Below the pieces are notes generated by a model. It saw only the letters and a program-made list of their open reading frames with translations, had not been told where the DNA came from and searched no databases. From contig NC_058368.1 in NCBI RefSeq assembly GCF_018350175.1, positions 58,778,001 through 58,842,000 on the forward strand: DNA of 64,000 bases, given 5' to 3'. Below are positions 25,539 to 37,141 of this stretch, piece after piece. The translations under genes were made by a program, and so were the position numbers. Numbering within the stretch: the first letter of the stretch is position 1; each line of letters opens with the position of its first letter. The DNA comes from Felis catus (lineage: Eukaryota).

Positions 25539-25769
25539 AATATACTACAAAATAAAAGGCATCGCTATGAAAAATATAGATTAACTCCAGGCATTAAATT
25601 TGTGTAGAGCTATACAGTATATACTATATAACAAGAACACACGGCTGTTCTCTGTGTACTCTATTAGCTGAACTGCTTTGCTTTTGTTTTTATTTTATTT
25701 TTCTTATATTTTTATATTATAAAGTATAGAAAATCTATACTTTAGCCTATTTCTCAACTAACCTTATTT

Positions 25770-25980
25770 ACTGTGGCCTGATAGCTTCGTGCAGCTCATG
25801 GTTTGCTTCATGGGCCACAGCACAACTGGCTGCTACGTCAGTGATTGGTTGGGGCAGCCACATTTAAACCCGCTCCCACTCACATTATAGTCCGGAATGA
25901 GTTAGCCTTTCTTAAACCTCCTATGCAAGATTTCTCTAATAGTAAGCATCCGGAAGGCTGTCCTTGAAGAGGAAGTGTTA
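25770..25980 (+). promoter_or_regulatory. Putative promoter/enhancer motif cluster
   Basis: CAACTG 25823, TACGTCA 25834, ATTGG 25844, TTTAAA 25863, CCGGAA 25892 and 25950, AGGAAGT 25970; five CpGs within about 165 bp of apparently non-repeat DNA. Confidence 0.4.
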
Positions 25981-26809
25981 AATACATCATATTTGGAAGG
26001 GGATGGAAAAAGAAAGATTCATTATTTCTGACTGACTTTTAGTTTAACCACATGTAAAAATAAATACATGCTTCTTACATCCTATTAGGTAAGATCATAG
26101 CAAAAGCTGGAAGTCAACGTGGAGGATTCGAATCCACCTGGCAGATAGTAATGCAACTCTTGTAAAAACCTTTCATAAAAACTGAAGAGTCTTGTACAGT
26201 GAGTGGTTAAGCTGCACAAGGCACCAGTACAACAGGCACAAAGAGGAATTGCACTTGATTTCACCCTGTTATTGGCTTATTATATTTGATATTGCTGTAG
26301 GCTATTTACTTAATATTAGTAATTATACCATGAGCAGGTAATGATTTTTTATTTGAATTACCCTTGATTTCTATTATTATCATCTGTTGTATGTGCAATT
26401 CCCTCTATGTTTTTTTTATCTCATAAGATGAAGACCACTGGTGCAGCATATCCAGATGATTAAGATTTCTAATTGTCATACAATATATTTCCCAAGATTC
26501 CCAAGTTCCTAACATCTATTAATCACCACCATTATGCCTTAACTCTTAGTGGTTTGCTCATTTACCAGGCTTAGAGAAAATTATTCTAAATGAACTAGAA
26601 TTTTCCACTAAAAACAGCAAGTTCAACAGTCATCAAAATTGCTATAGCATAAAAAAATGTGATTTGGATGAAAGAGTAATAATGATTTAAAGGAGATATT
26701 CTATAACAACAGGTGATTAAGAAATAAGGAAATTCTTTGTCTTCTGCACATTATCCATATTTAATCAAAGTCTAATTTGCTTTCATCAAACTAAATGTTT
26801 CACAAGAGA

Positions 26810-27000
26810 TATTATGGATTGAGATAGATTTGCATTAAAGTTTCAGTTCTAACATAAATTAACTTGTGACCTACAAATGTTGGTCTATTTGTAAAATAAG
26901 ATTACTGATGCCAACTACATAAAATTGCTTAGAGATTTAATGAAATAAAGTATGTAAGCCACTTAATTTGGTACCTGAGTCTTATTAAACTTTAATTGGA
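26810..27000 (+). mobile_element. MIR fragment
   Basis: ttgtgacct...tatttgtaaaataagatta...agatttaatgaaataaagtatgtaagccactta. Confidence 0.45.
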
Positions 27001-27079
27001 TGAACATAGTTCCAATTAATAACCACCAGTTTTGATAACTGCATTTATTAATTATGTGTACAATTCACTCTTCCCAGTT

Positions 27080-27800
27080 TATGGGAAATCGAAGACACTC
27101 CATTTCTCTATCCCTTTTTATTCATTGCAACTATCACTGGCCTAATTCAATTCTTTATCCTATGTTGCCTAGATTTTTGCTATAACTTCCAGTTTGATTT
27201 TTCTGCCTTACTCTCTCACTGACTTATAATTCAATCTCCTGGAAGTTACCTTCCAAATTACACAGTATCTTTCAACTCATATCATTGGTAGCTTATAATG
27301 ATTCCTTACAACTTTTAGAAATAAACTAAACATCCAAAAATAACCCTCAAGTCTCTGTGTGTCTTTATAAGCCACTTCCATTGTCATTTATTTCTTCTGT
27401 CATTGATTTAAGATTTAATGAGCACCCTATATGCCAGATTATGTTCTACAGATTAAAGATAGGTAAATAATTTAGATAAAGTCTCTACTGTGGAACAATT
27501 AGTAAGAAAATCCACTCATTGACTTATATAATTGATGTATGATGGCTAGGCTGTAGAAACATCAGGAAGAAATATCTTATTCTGTGTAGAGTAGAGGAGA
27601 TGAGATTTAATATTATCTCTGAGAAAAAGATTGTATTTTCCAGGAGAAACAATATGTGCAAAGACTCAGAAAAATTAAAACTTATAGTTACTCAAGGACA
27701 GTGTGAAAGGAAATGGAAGGAAATATGATTATAAAAATTGGTTAGAGACAGATACGAGGGCAGGTATTTTTGACAATGTTATTATATGATATTTAGCTAG
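27080..27800. mobile_element. Degenerate L2 fragments (a + strand piece then a - strand piece)
   Basis: cactggcctaattcaa...cctagatttttgctataacttcc; atttaatgagcaccctatatgccaga...gaaacaatatgtgcaaagactcaga. Confidence 0.45.
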
Positions 27801-28149
27801 GCAAAAAAATAATGTGAATAGAGACTAATATATTACACTTCAATGATGAGTATGTAAATATTGCCATAGTGCTAAAAGAAAAAAGTGCAGTATAAGGAAC
27901 ATGTAAAGGATCGCATATTTCAAGTAAATACTCAAAACTACTAGCTGCACCAGTGAAATACAGCTGAATTTTTAAACTTGTGAAAAATAATATCTCATTA
28001 GAAAAGTTAGAGATAAGTTTGCAAGTTATTTTTATCTTACATCAAAGAAAAGAGTGAGACTTTGCAACAAAGTCCTCGAATACCTACAGTCCATATAACA
28101 TTAGATGGAATTAAATCCAAATTTTACAGAAGTGATATGGTGTATATAC

Positions 28150-28248
28150 TTTTTTTTTTAATAGGCTCCATGCCCAATATGAGGCTTGAACTCATGACCC
28201 TGAGATTAAGAGTTGCACACTTTATGGAATGAGCCAGCCAGGCGCCCC
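28150..28248 (-). mobile_element. Short old-type Can-SINE (tRNA-like head plus poly-A, no CT tract)
   Basis: Minus strand ggggcgcctggctggctca...tcttaatctcagggtcatgagttcaagcc...gagcctattaaaaaaa. Confidence 0.85.
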
Positions 28249-29357
28249 AAAGGTGTGACAACATTTTAGTATGTTTGCTATTGTATTATTTTTTAGAAAT
28301 TGAACAAAATCATATATGAAGTTATGCTGAAGTTACACTCAAATATAACAAGTAAAATCTTCGATTAATTTCATAACTGGGTGAAAGTTGAAAATATCCA
28401 AATTATCACTTCATATTTTTCTTTTTGTAATTATGTTAGCTTTAATTGTATAAAACCAAAGTGAATAAAATCGTTCTGTACCATTGTCCTATATAACCAT
28501 ATCTTGAGCATACATAAAAACAAAATTCGCAGTTCTGCAACAATTTCTGATTTGGGGGACTACACATTACTATGAGAATCTAAGGTCGTTTTTTATTTTG
28601 AATCCTCACCACATACAAGACACTTCTGCATAAACTCATAGAACTTTTACATACTATATCGACTCACGAGTAAAGTCAAATTTCTTTTGGTGGCCTATCA
28701 TAGCTGTCTTTTGGTTCATGGAATGAACATTAAGAATATTATTTTTTTAGAGATTGTTACAGGTTTCATTATCTTCTACAAAAGATGGAGGGAAAATCTG
28801 TCTTTAATTATCAGTCATTATGTGACTTGGACCTGTATTAATTAAGCAACCTAAGCAGTTATCTCGATATTTTACTTAGATTTCTTAAAGGAAAAGAGTA
28901 ATACAACTATGGAAAATGCCCAACTATTGGCAATTGTCCACCATTCCTTGACTAAGGACCCAATCCAAGGATTATCTACTGATAATGAATCTTTTTTTTT
29001 AGCTCTGAGCCACCCATAAGCAATTCAGTACAAAAATGAATAACATAGATAAAGAGGTTCCAGTTAAAATTATTTGGCAGTGATTGATTCCAAACAGTAA
29101 AAATAAAATTTTGAGATCATTTATATATTTTATCTATTTCTGTTTGTGATTTGGCTCAAATTGTGTGATTGAATATAATTTGATTATGTATATTCCATAC
29201 TCTATCTCTAAAAATAATTTATTTTACAGTTTGTTAGTGGATTTCAGGATCAATATGTTTTGCAATTTAGGAACATATGATTGTGTTTTTCAATTTTTTT
29301 TTATTGTTCTTTTCTTCTTTGATCTAGTATTGACCATTTAGTTTCTACTCACACTAC

Positions 29358-29605
29358 AGTGGTGATTTTCAACTATGGGCAATTTTGACTGCCTCAAACT
29401 TCCCCAGGGGATATCTGGCAATGTCTGGAAACATTTGAGACATTTTTTGCTTGGGGACAGGTTGCTACTGGAACTGGTGCTACAGGCCTTCAGTGAGCTG
29501 AAGCCAGTGATGATGTCAAACACCCAATGGAGTAGAAGACATGTCATCTCAGCAAATAATTATGAGGCTCAAAAGGTCCCTACTGTCAAGATTGAGAGAC
29601 CTTAA
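29358..29605 (+). mobile_element. MER20-like hAT-Charlie element
   Basis: ttttcaact..gggcaatttt...ccccaggggatatctggcaatgtctggaaacattt...tgctac...aattat...caagattgagagacc. Confidence 0.75.
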
Positions 29606-29989
29606 CGCAGAAAAAATGAAACAGAGATATTAAGCAATTATATCCGCCCCCCCCCCCGCCCCACTCATCCTGACACCCAAACACTTGAGAATTCTGGACA
29701 TTCTATCTTCCAAATCTTTTTTGGCATCTGGTGTATTTAAAAACCTGTCACATATTATTAGGCCTGCAGTTAATCTCTAAAACTTGCATCACAATATCTA
29801 AAAGTATACAATGTTATTGTTAGTTTCAAATGATTCTAAAATTTTGTATCTAGAAATAAAATCTCTAGCTTTTATCTCTCTCTTAGGAAAAAAAAATAAA
29901 CTTATCTGGCTATGTGATACATCCCACAGAGATTTTGTGAAGTAAGTTTCTCCCCCCCCCCCCCCCGTATTTTTCTCTTTTTTTCTGTT

Positions 29990-30450
29990 TTTAATTGTTT
30001 ATTGATAAACTATCAAAGGCAATTAAAAAAGCTTTTGCTCTCAGGAAAGAGCAGTTGATCATTTGCATATGAGGAGCCTGGGACCAGAAAAGCTTTGTTA
30101 TCAGCAAGTTACTAAATTCATCAATAATTTAGATGCAGCCTAAAGTCTATGCCTAGGTGAATTTTTGTTATGGGATTGCTGATCTGCTGAAAAATAAATG
30201 AATTCTGCTCCGAAATGCTTGCAAAGCTTCAGTGTGCAAGTCAGAACCTACTGCTGACAATCCCAAGCAGTTGTTACTCTGTCCACACAAACTTCCCTTC
30301 TCCTTCCAGGCCAGAATGGCCTTGGGAAAGCACCACATTCTTTCTCAGACCTGAGGGCAGCTTTTCTTTTGCCTTTAGTTTTAAGATTGCAGTTTTTGTT
30401 TCTGCTTTTCTCAAAAGAGCTGCCCTTGCACTTACTGGTCCTAGAGATAA
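29990..30450. promoter_or_regulatory. Putative enhancer-like non-repeat block
   Basis: TGATAA 30003, ATCAAAG (TCF/LEF) 30012, ATTTGCAT octamer 30061, CTTTGTT (SOX) 30092. Confidence 0.3.
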
Positions 30451-30838
30451 AAATAGAATATAATCCCAATGAGGTGATTGAAGTTATCTCCACGTGTGGT
30501 TTCAATGTTCTGAATGCTAAAAGATACTTTATACACAAGGCATTTTTAGAGGTATCATTATGCCCTATAGGGGAATTAAAATAGCAAGTATACATATTTA
30601 TATTTTTATTTTTCCTTATTTTTTTTATCTCCAGGATTATTTCTGTAAACGCTAAATATGTTGAAAATATGCACATATGCCAGATTTGGTCATAGTAAAT
30701 ATCAAAAAGACATTCTTCCCCAAGTTTTATGACAATGAATACCCCATCTCTCAGGTTTCTGTATAATTAGAAGAGCCTACAGAATTTGAGAAAAAATGCA
30801 GTTTGTTTGTAGAGATTATGAGCTACAAAGAACTGCTC

Positions 30839-30892
30839 ATATTTTGGCCATTAACATAATAAATGATATTTTGGCCATTAACATAGTAAATG
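30839..30892. repeat. 27-bp tandem duplication
   Basis: atattttggccattaacata(a/g)taaatg twice, one mismatch. Confidence 0.95.
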
Positions 30893-30957
30893 ACTTGGAA
30901 TTGATTTTAAGAAAACATAAATAAGTTAAAAATACGAAATTAAGTAACAGCAGTCTT

Positions 30958-31053
30958 TTTTTGTTTTGTTCTGTTTTGTTTTGAGAAAGAGAGAGAGGAT
31001 GCAAGTGAGAGAGGGGCAGAGAGAGAATGAGAGAATCCCAGCAGGGTCAGAGG

Positions 31054-31084
<31 letters not shown>

Positions 31085-31238
31085 AGAGAGAGAGAGAAGC
31101 AGAGATCACCAGAGTGGGCTCATGCTCACCCAAAGCAGGGCAACGAGCTCACCCGCTGTGAGACATGAACTCAGGAACCATGAGAACGTGACCTGAACGG
31201 AAGTCCAATACTTAAGGACTGAGCCACCCAGGCGCCCC
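30958..31238 (-). mobile_element. Can-SINE, long variant with extra (AG)n tract
   Basis: Ends gactgagccacccaggcgcccc; degenerate TSD aagtaaca..gtctt. Confidence 0.88.
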
Positions 31239-32170
31239 AAGTAACATGTCTTAAATCTCATGAAATAAATGATAAAGAATACAATGTAAACAACTGGACT
31301 AATAATTTTTTAGTAGATCCAATGTATTGCCATAACACACGGTGGTAGCCTAGAATGTGTTACTATCACCTTCTAAAGAAGAGTAATCTTTAAATGTCAG
31401 TCTCAAGTATTCCAGCCACCAGGAAACTCTGTAGTGTAATGAGGTAAAAAACAAAACAGACAAACAAAAAAAAAAAAAACTTCAGTCTGCCCCAAATTGG
31501 ATTAAATATACTTCTGGACCATCCAGGAAAAAAATATCTTAAATTGACCCTTTTATTAATTTGTTTTCTTTGGGACCTTAATATCTTGAACAACGTTCCT
31601 GGAATAGCAAACATTTATATGCTAATAACTAGAAAGATATGAACACCATTGTACATTAATAAACTTTAATCTTCTTTATAAATTAGTGTCTCATAAAAAA
31701 TATCAATGCATTTTCAGAAGTTAATTGGATTTCTGAAAATACACTGTTATTCTTACTATTAGAATTGTCTTTCCCTATCACTTGATAAACATTATCAATA
31801 CATGCCAGTGTTTTCTCATGTGAGAAATTTATACAATCACAAGTTTGAAATCACCTTTCTCTGTTGTAGGCATGTGGTATACGTGTGAATGTGTATGTAG
31901 ATGTGTATGCGCATTAAGATAATTAAATGACTGATGATTCACTGGTCAAGATAACTGTCAATTTCAAAATAAGAGAGACTAATTCTTAAACATATTTGCC
32001 TTTGAACTTTATTCAGGCTTCTATGCTTTTGCTGTGCAAGCAATGGCTCTAATAACTAGGAACAGAGAGGTTTGGAAAATGGCTCTGCATCTTTGGAAAG
32101 AACATGTTCAAACAACAATTATAGAAATAATAATTACACTTGGGGACAAATTACATTATAAGGCTAAATT

Positions 32171-33085
32171 GAGACATCAAAATTAAAAGTTTCTGAACAA
32201 TGAAGGAAACAATAAATAAAACTAAAAGATAATCTATGAAATGGGAGAAGATGTTTGCAAATGGCATATCTGATAAAGGGTTAGTATCCAAAATATATAA
32301 AGAACTGATACAACTCAATACCCAAAAAACAAATAATTCAGTTAAAAATGGACATGAACAGACGTTTCTCCAAAGAAGATATACAGATGGCTAACAGGCA
32401 CATGAAAAGATGCTCAACATCAGTAATCTACAGGGAAATGCAAATCAAAACTACAATGAGATATCACCTCACACCTGTCAGACTGGCTAAAATCAAAAAC
32501 ACAAGAAACAAGTATTGGAGAGGGCATGAAGAAAAGGAATCTTTATGCACTGTTGATGGGAATGCAGCCATTATAGAAAACAGTATGGAGATTCCTCCAA
32601 AAATTAAAAATAGAATTACCATATGATCCAGTAGTTGCACTACTGGGTATTTATCCCCAAAATACAAAAATATTAATTCAAAGGGATACATACACCCTTG
32701 TGTTTACTACAGCATTATTTATAATAGACAAACTATGGAAGAAACCCAAGTGTCCATTGATAGATATTACTCAGCCATAATAAAGAATGAAGTCTTGCCA
32801 TTTGCAACAACATGGATAGAGCTAGAGAGTATAATGCTAAGTGAAATAAGACAGTCAGATAAAGATAAATACCATATGATCTCACTAATATGTGGAATTT
32901 AAGAAGCAAAACAAATGAGCAAAAGGAAAAAAGAGAGAGAGGGAAGCCAAGAAACAGACTCTTAACTATAGAGAACAAACTGATGGTTACTAGAGGGGGA
33001 GGTGGATGGGGGAATGAGGAAAATAGGAAATGAGAATTTAAAACTACACTTCTCATGATGAAATAAAATAAAATAATTTTTAAAA
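32171..33085 (+). mobile_element. 5'-truncated carnivore L1 (ORF2 C-terminal remnant plus 3'UTR)
   Basis: ORF 32348-32626 [25 protein letters not shown]...[17 protein letters not shown] is L1 ORF2p; A-rich tail; TSD ataag(g/t)ctaaatt at 32158-32170 and 33086-33098; stops and frameshifts. Confidence 0.96.
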
Positions 33086-33293
33086 ATAAGTCTAAATTCA
33101 ATGACAAGGATAATTTGACATTAGTCATTATCAACCACCTGAGAAACCTGATTTTTGGAACATTTGTATAAAGAATGAGTTCAATTTCCTTTTTTTTTTT
33201 TTTTTAAATTCACATCTCTGATGGTTTTGACGCTTGAGGAGTAGACATTGTGAAAGCTGGTCAACTTTCTTTCAATTTGACCGGAATGACAGA

Positions 33294-33627
33294 TATTCTT
33301 GGTCTGCTCCAGCTGTTAAAATACCATACATAAGGTGGCTTATAAACAACCAAAATTTATTTCTCACAGTTCTGAAAACTGGAAAGTCCAAGAGCATTTC
33401 AGATTTGGTAAAAAGCCCTTTTCTTGGTCTTTAGAGTGTTGTCCTCCCATGGAGGAAGCAGCAAAGGAGCTTCCTGGGATCTTTTATAATGTCACTGATC
33501 ACATTCTTGAAGGCATTACTTCATGGCCTAAGTACCTCCTGAGGCCTTACCTACAAACACCCATCATATTGGGAATTGGATTTCAACATACAAATTTTGG
33601 GAGAACAGACTTTCAGCGTATAGAACA
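33294..33627 (-). mobile_element. MaLR solo LTR (MLT1A-like)
   Basis: aaaataccata...gtggcttataaacaac..aaatttatttctcacagttctg..actggaaagtccaaga...ttcaacatacaaattttggg. Confidence 0.85.
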
Positions 33628-34019
33628 CAGAATAAAGTCTTCTTATCCAGAATTTTCTAATGTTCATTATCTTTGTAACATTTACTCTGATTTCTTTAGC
33701 ATGGACTATATAAATTATTTTAGTGTGCTTTTTTTGCTGTAACTATCAGTTATAAACTTTGATTTTGTCTATTAGCATAGCACTCATTTTCTGTATAAGA
33801 GTCAGTTTGATATTATGCAAAACTATGTAATAATAAATGACAGAAATAATGAAATAATGAAATGACAAATAATGAAAGATAATAATCAGTTATAATGTCA
33901 CCTAGTTTTATTTTATAATGGTATATGGTTTACTTATGTTATTTTCATGAAGCATTAGCTTAATGTAACTTCACTATCACTATTGGATATAAAAATTTCC
34001 ATTTTTTAAAAAGATATTT

Positions 34020-34078
34020 TTTTAATTTAATTTTATTTATTTATTTTGAGAGAAACAGAAACAGTCAAGTAGGGGAAG

Positions 34079-34125
<47 letters not shown>

Positions 34126-34245
34126 TCCCAAGGAAGTTCTGTACTGTTAGCACAAAGCCTGATGCAAACCCACAAACCGTGAGGTCATAACCTGAGCTGA
34201 ATCCAAGAGTCAGACGCTTAACCAACTAAGCCACCAAGGGGTCCC
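34020..34245 (-). mobile_element. Can-SINE
   Basis: Antisense body with (AG)n; ends ccaccaaggggtccc. Confidence 0.9.
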
Positions 34246-34873
34246 TAGAAAGATAGTTTAGATAAGAATTCTGAACTTTTGTGTCATAAGCCAAAATACC
34301 TAAAAATATTGATTTTCTTTACTAAGAAAATAACATTTCAAGTGGTAAGATATGAAATGGTATTCTGGCCAACTTAGTAGCAACAAAACAAATCATAGTT
34401 GAATGGTTGCTACTTGTTTGATCACATCATTGAGAGAAAAATGTATATAAGGCACAAAAATGATGAAGTATTTTCAGAATCTGTGTTCTTTAAATGTTCA
34501 CATATTTATTCATGGCTTTCTCAATGAAATAATTCTTTGGGTGGAAGATCTTTGGCCCACAAAAGCTTATTATTTATTTTGCATTTGTACTTAAAACATA
34601 ACAACAACAACAACTTAAAATTTTTCCAAATTGTACAGGGAGATTTCTAGAAGACATTAGGTACTGTTAATTTATAAAGTCTGATGTTGTTAAAATTTTA
34701 AGATCATACAGAAGATAATCTAGGAGAATATGGAAACAAATTCTCTACAATATGATCTAAAATTGTCAGTATTTAAACTGCAGAAGTAATGTATAGTTGA
34801 CAACTGTCGTTTTCATCACCTATATGAGTGTGAATGCATGGCATGAATTCAACATAGCCATCTTTGTTACTTT

Positions 34874-35112
34874 CTTTTTTTAAATGTTTATTTATTTAGA
34901 GAGAGAGAGAGAGAGTGCTTTGTAGCGAGAGAAAGAGAGAGAGAGTGCTTGGTAGCGGGGGAGGGACAGAGAGAGAGGGAGAGACAGAATCCCAAGCAGG
35001 CTCTGTGCTGTCACTACAGAGCCCAACGCAGGGCTGGATCTCAAGAATGCTGAGATCATGACCTGAGCTGAAATCAAGGGTTGGACACAACTGGTTAAGA
35101 ACTGGGTGCCCC
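34874..35112 (-). mobile_element. Can-SINE with internal duplication in the CT-rich region
   Basis: gagagagagtgctt(t/g)gtagcg occurs twice; degenerate TSD atcttt(g/c)ttact. Confidence 0.9.
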
Positions 35113-35237
35113 TATCTTTCTTACTATTTTTTTGTAACATTCATGTTATTTTACTTTGTTTCAAAACAATTACATGCGTATCTATGATAATCTCAGAAAA
35201 CTTGTGAAAGATGTTCTCCTACAACTTCAGATCTTGA

Positions 35238-36236
35238 TGAGGCAGACTACTTCAGGACACACTACTCCAGAATGTGGCACTCTGGCATATTGGATACATT
35301 AAAATGAAGAAATTTGAGGAAAAGGGCAAGAATGGGAAGGACTCTCTGACCTTTTCCAGTCTTCCCTGAAGTGTGTCATAAGACTCTCATGGGAGAGGTA
35401 CTCTTTGTATACCCAGGGGGAAGGAACATCCTTATCTCCACCACAGACATGGGTACTGAGAAGAATCGAAAGGAAGCCACCCTACTAAGCTTTCCCCAGT
35501 TAGCATCGTTAGCTCAATTTTCCCAAGACTTTCCCCTCTTCATCAAACCTAGCATAAGATCATTCAACTTGAACCACTTTTTTGAGTCCTCATTCCCTTA
35601 TGAAGGATCCTGTGTCACAAGAAGACTTACATTAAATAAATTTCTATGCTTCTCTCTTGTTAATACAGGTTTTCCTTGCTATCTGAAAGTACAGCAATCC
35701 TCTGAAAACTTTTGTAAACTGACATGGCTTAAAGGAAAGAAGCAATTACCGTTAATTTACAATGAAAAAATTTTCAAGCATTCCCAGACCTAACAAATAG
35801 CCTCTTTTAGGTTTTTCTGATATCTTAGAACACATCTTACTAACAGGATGCACAAAATAAATTGAGATAAAGCACAGATGATCACAAACACCATTCAAAG
35901 CTATGGTGACTTCACTGAGATGCTGAGTATAGTTGTCAGGGAAGGAGACTGGTGGGGCCACTCTTGCTGGTTGGGATATTTGCTGCCTCTACTAAGGCTA
36001 GCTGCAAAATAAACATTAAACACTATTTTTGTTTTCCATCATTTTTCAGAAAAGTGAAAATTCTCTTCTGATTTATTTTGGCCAGTGAAAACAGGTACTA
36101 ATGTAGATCTTTCAGAGAAGCAAAGTGGCATATGGCAAGCTTTTGAAAAGTGGGGGATACCTGTATGTCTTTTGTTATAGGATCCCCAGACAAGAACTTG
36201 AATATGTAGAAAGAAAAGATGATTTTCTCCCTTTCA
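35238..36236 (+). mobile_element. MER34-like ERV1 solo LTR, split by a Tigger insertion
   Basis: ttcaggacacactactccagaatgtggcactctggcatattg start; aataaa at 35635; U5 tctcttgttaa|ta|tgtcttttgttatagg...ctccctttca rejoins after removing the insert. Confidence 0.85.
35666..36163. mobile_element. Carnivore Tigger-type non-autonomous DNA transposon (498 bp)
   Basis: TIRs caggttttccttgct and agtgggggatacctg; TA TSD at 35664-35665 and 36164-36165. Confidence 0.9.
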
Positions 36237-36258
36237 GTTTTAAAGAACACTCAAATTT

Positions 36259-36468
36259 GGGTGTCTGGGTGCTCACTTGGTTAAGCATCTGACTTTGGTT
36301 TAGTCATGATCTCATAGTTAGTGAGTTTGAGCCCCCCATTGGGCTCTGTGCTGACAGTTCAGAGCCTGGAGCCTGCTTTGGATTCTGTGTCTCCCTCTCT
36401 CTGCCCTCCCCTGCTTGCACTCTGTCTCTCTCTCTCTCTCAGAAATAAATAAACATAAAAAAATTTAA
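36259..36468 (+). mobile_element. Can-SINE
   Basis: Head, body, (CT)n, aataaataaac tail. Confidence 0.92.
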
Positions 36469-36959
36469 AGACACAATTGCTCAATATTTAATCATTATAC
36501 TATTGTATTTTCAGTACTTTATGCCTGATTTTTAACCAACAGTGTGTTGAACCACATCAGCTTTTAGTTTTTTCCTGTAATTAGTAAATAAAGACCTGAG
36601 ATATTTTTGCTGCTTTTACTTTTTCTTTCTTTAAACATTATGAACCCTAATGGATCTGTTTCCTAGGAAGTTGGGATACAAAAGTTAATGATTCCATGTA
36701 ATAAAAGACATAAGAGAGTAGAGTGCCTCTCCACAAATTGTTTTGCTGTTACTCTTGTTGCTTTTTTTGATAATTTTCCCCTGAATACACTTACCTACTT
36801 TTACTTTGAAGTTTTGTGGAATATCTCAGCAAATATTGGAACTATATGAATGTGTATGACAGAAGGATATTCATAGGTGTGTGAACTTCTGTATCTCGAT
36901 TGCCAAGAAGCTCTTAGAGAAAGAATTTCCTACTTATTGGACTGGATCTTTACAGAGAG

Positions 36960-37141
36960 ACAGGCTTAGCTCTGAGCCCTGCCTCTTCCCATAAGCCTGA
37001 GAAAGTTTACTTGAATGTTTTAGATTCTAGGTTGGTTAACTACTCTGTAAATGTGGCTAATGATCTCTGGAAATGGCAGACCCATTAAATGATAAAAGAA
37101 AGAGAAAGTCCTTAGCACAGTGCCTTAGGCACTCAATAAAC
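36960..37141 (+). mobile_element. MIR
   Basis: tctgtaaatgtggctaatgat...cttagcacagtgcct..ggcactcaataaa. Confidence 0.55.

Noticed and set aside
28150..28248. tRNA-like sequence on the minus strand
   Set aside because: Degenerate SINE head with a poly-A tail; I could not build an intact cloverleaf
32348..32626. 92-aa ORF with clear protein similarity
   Set aside because: A fragment of L1 ORF2 in a truncated, frameshifted L1 copy; not a host gene
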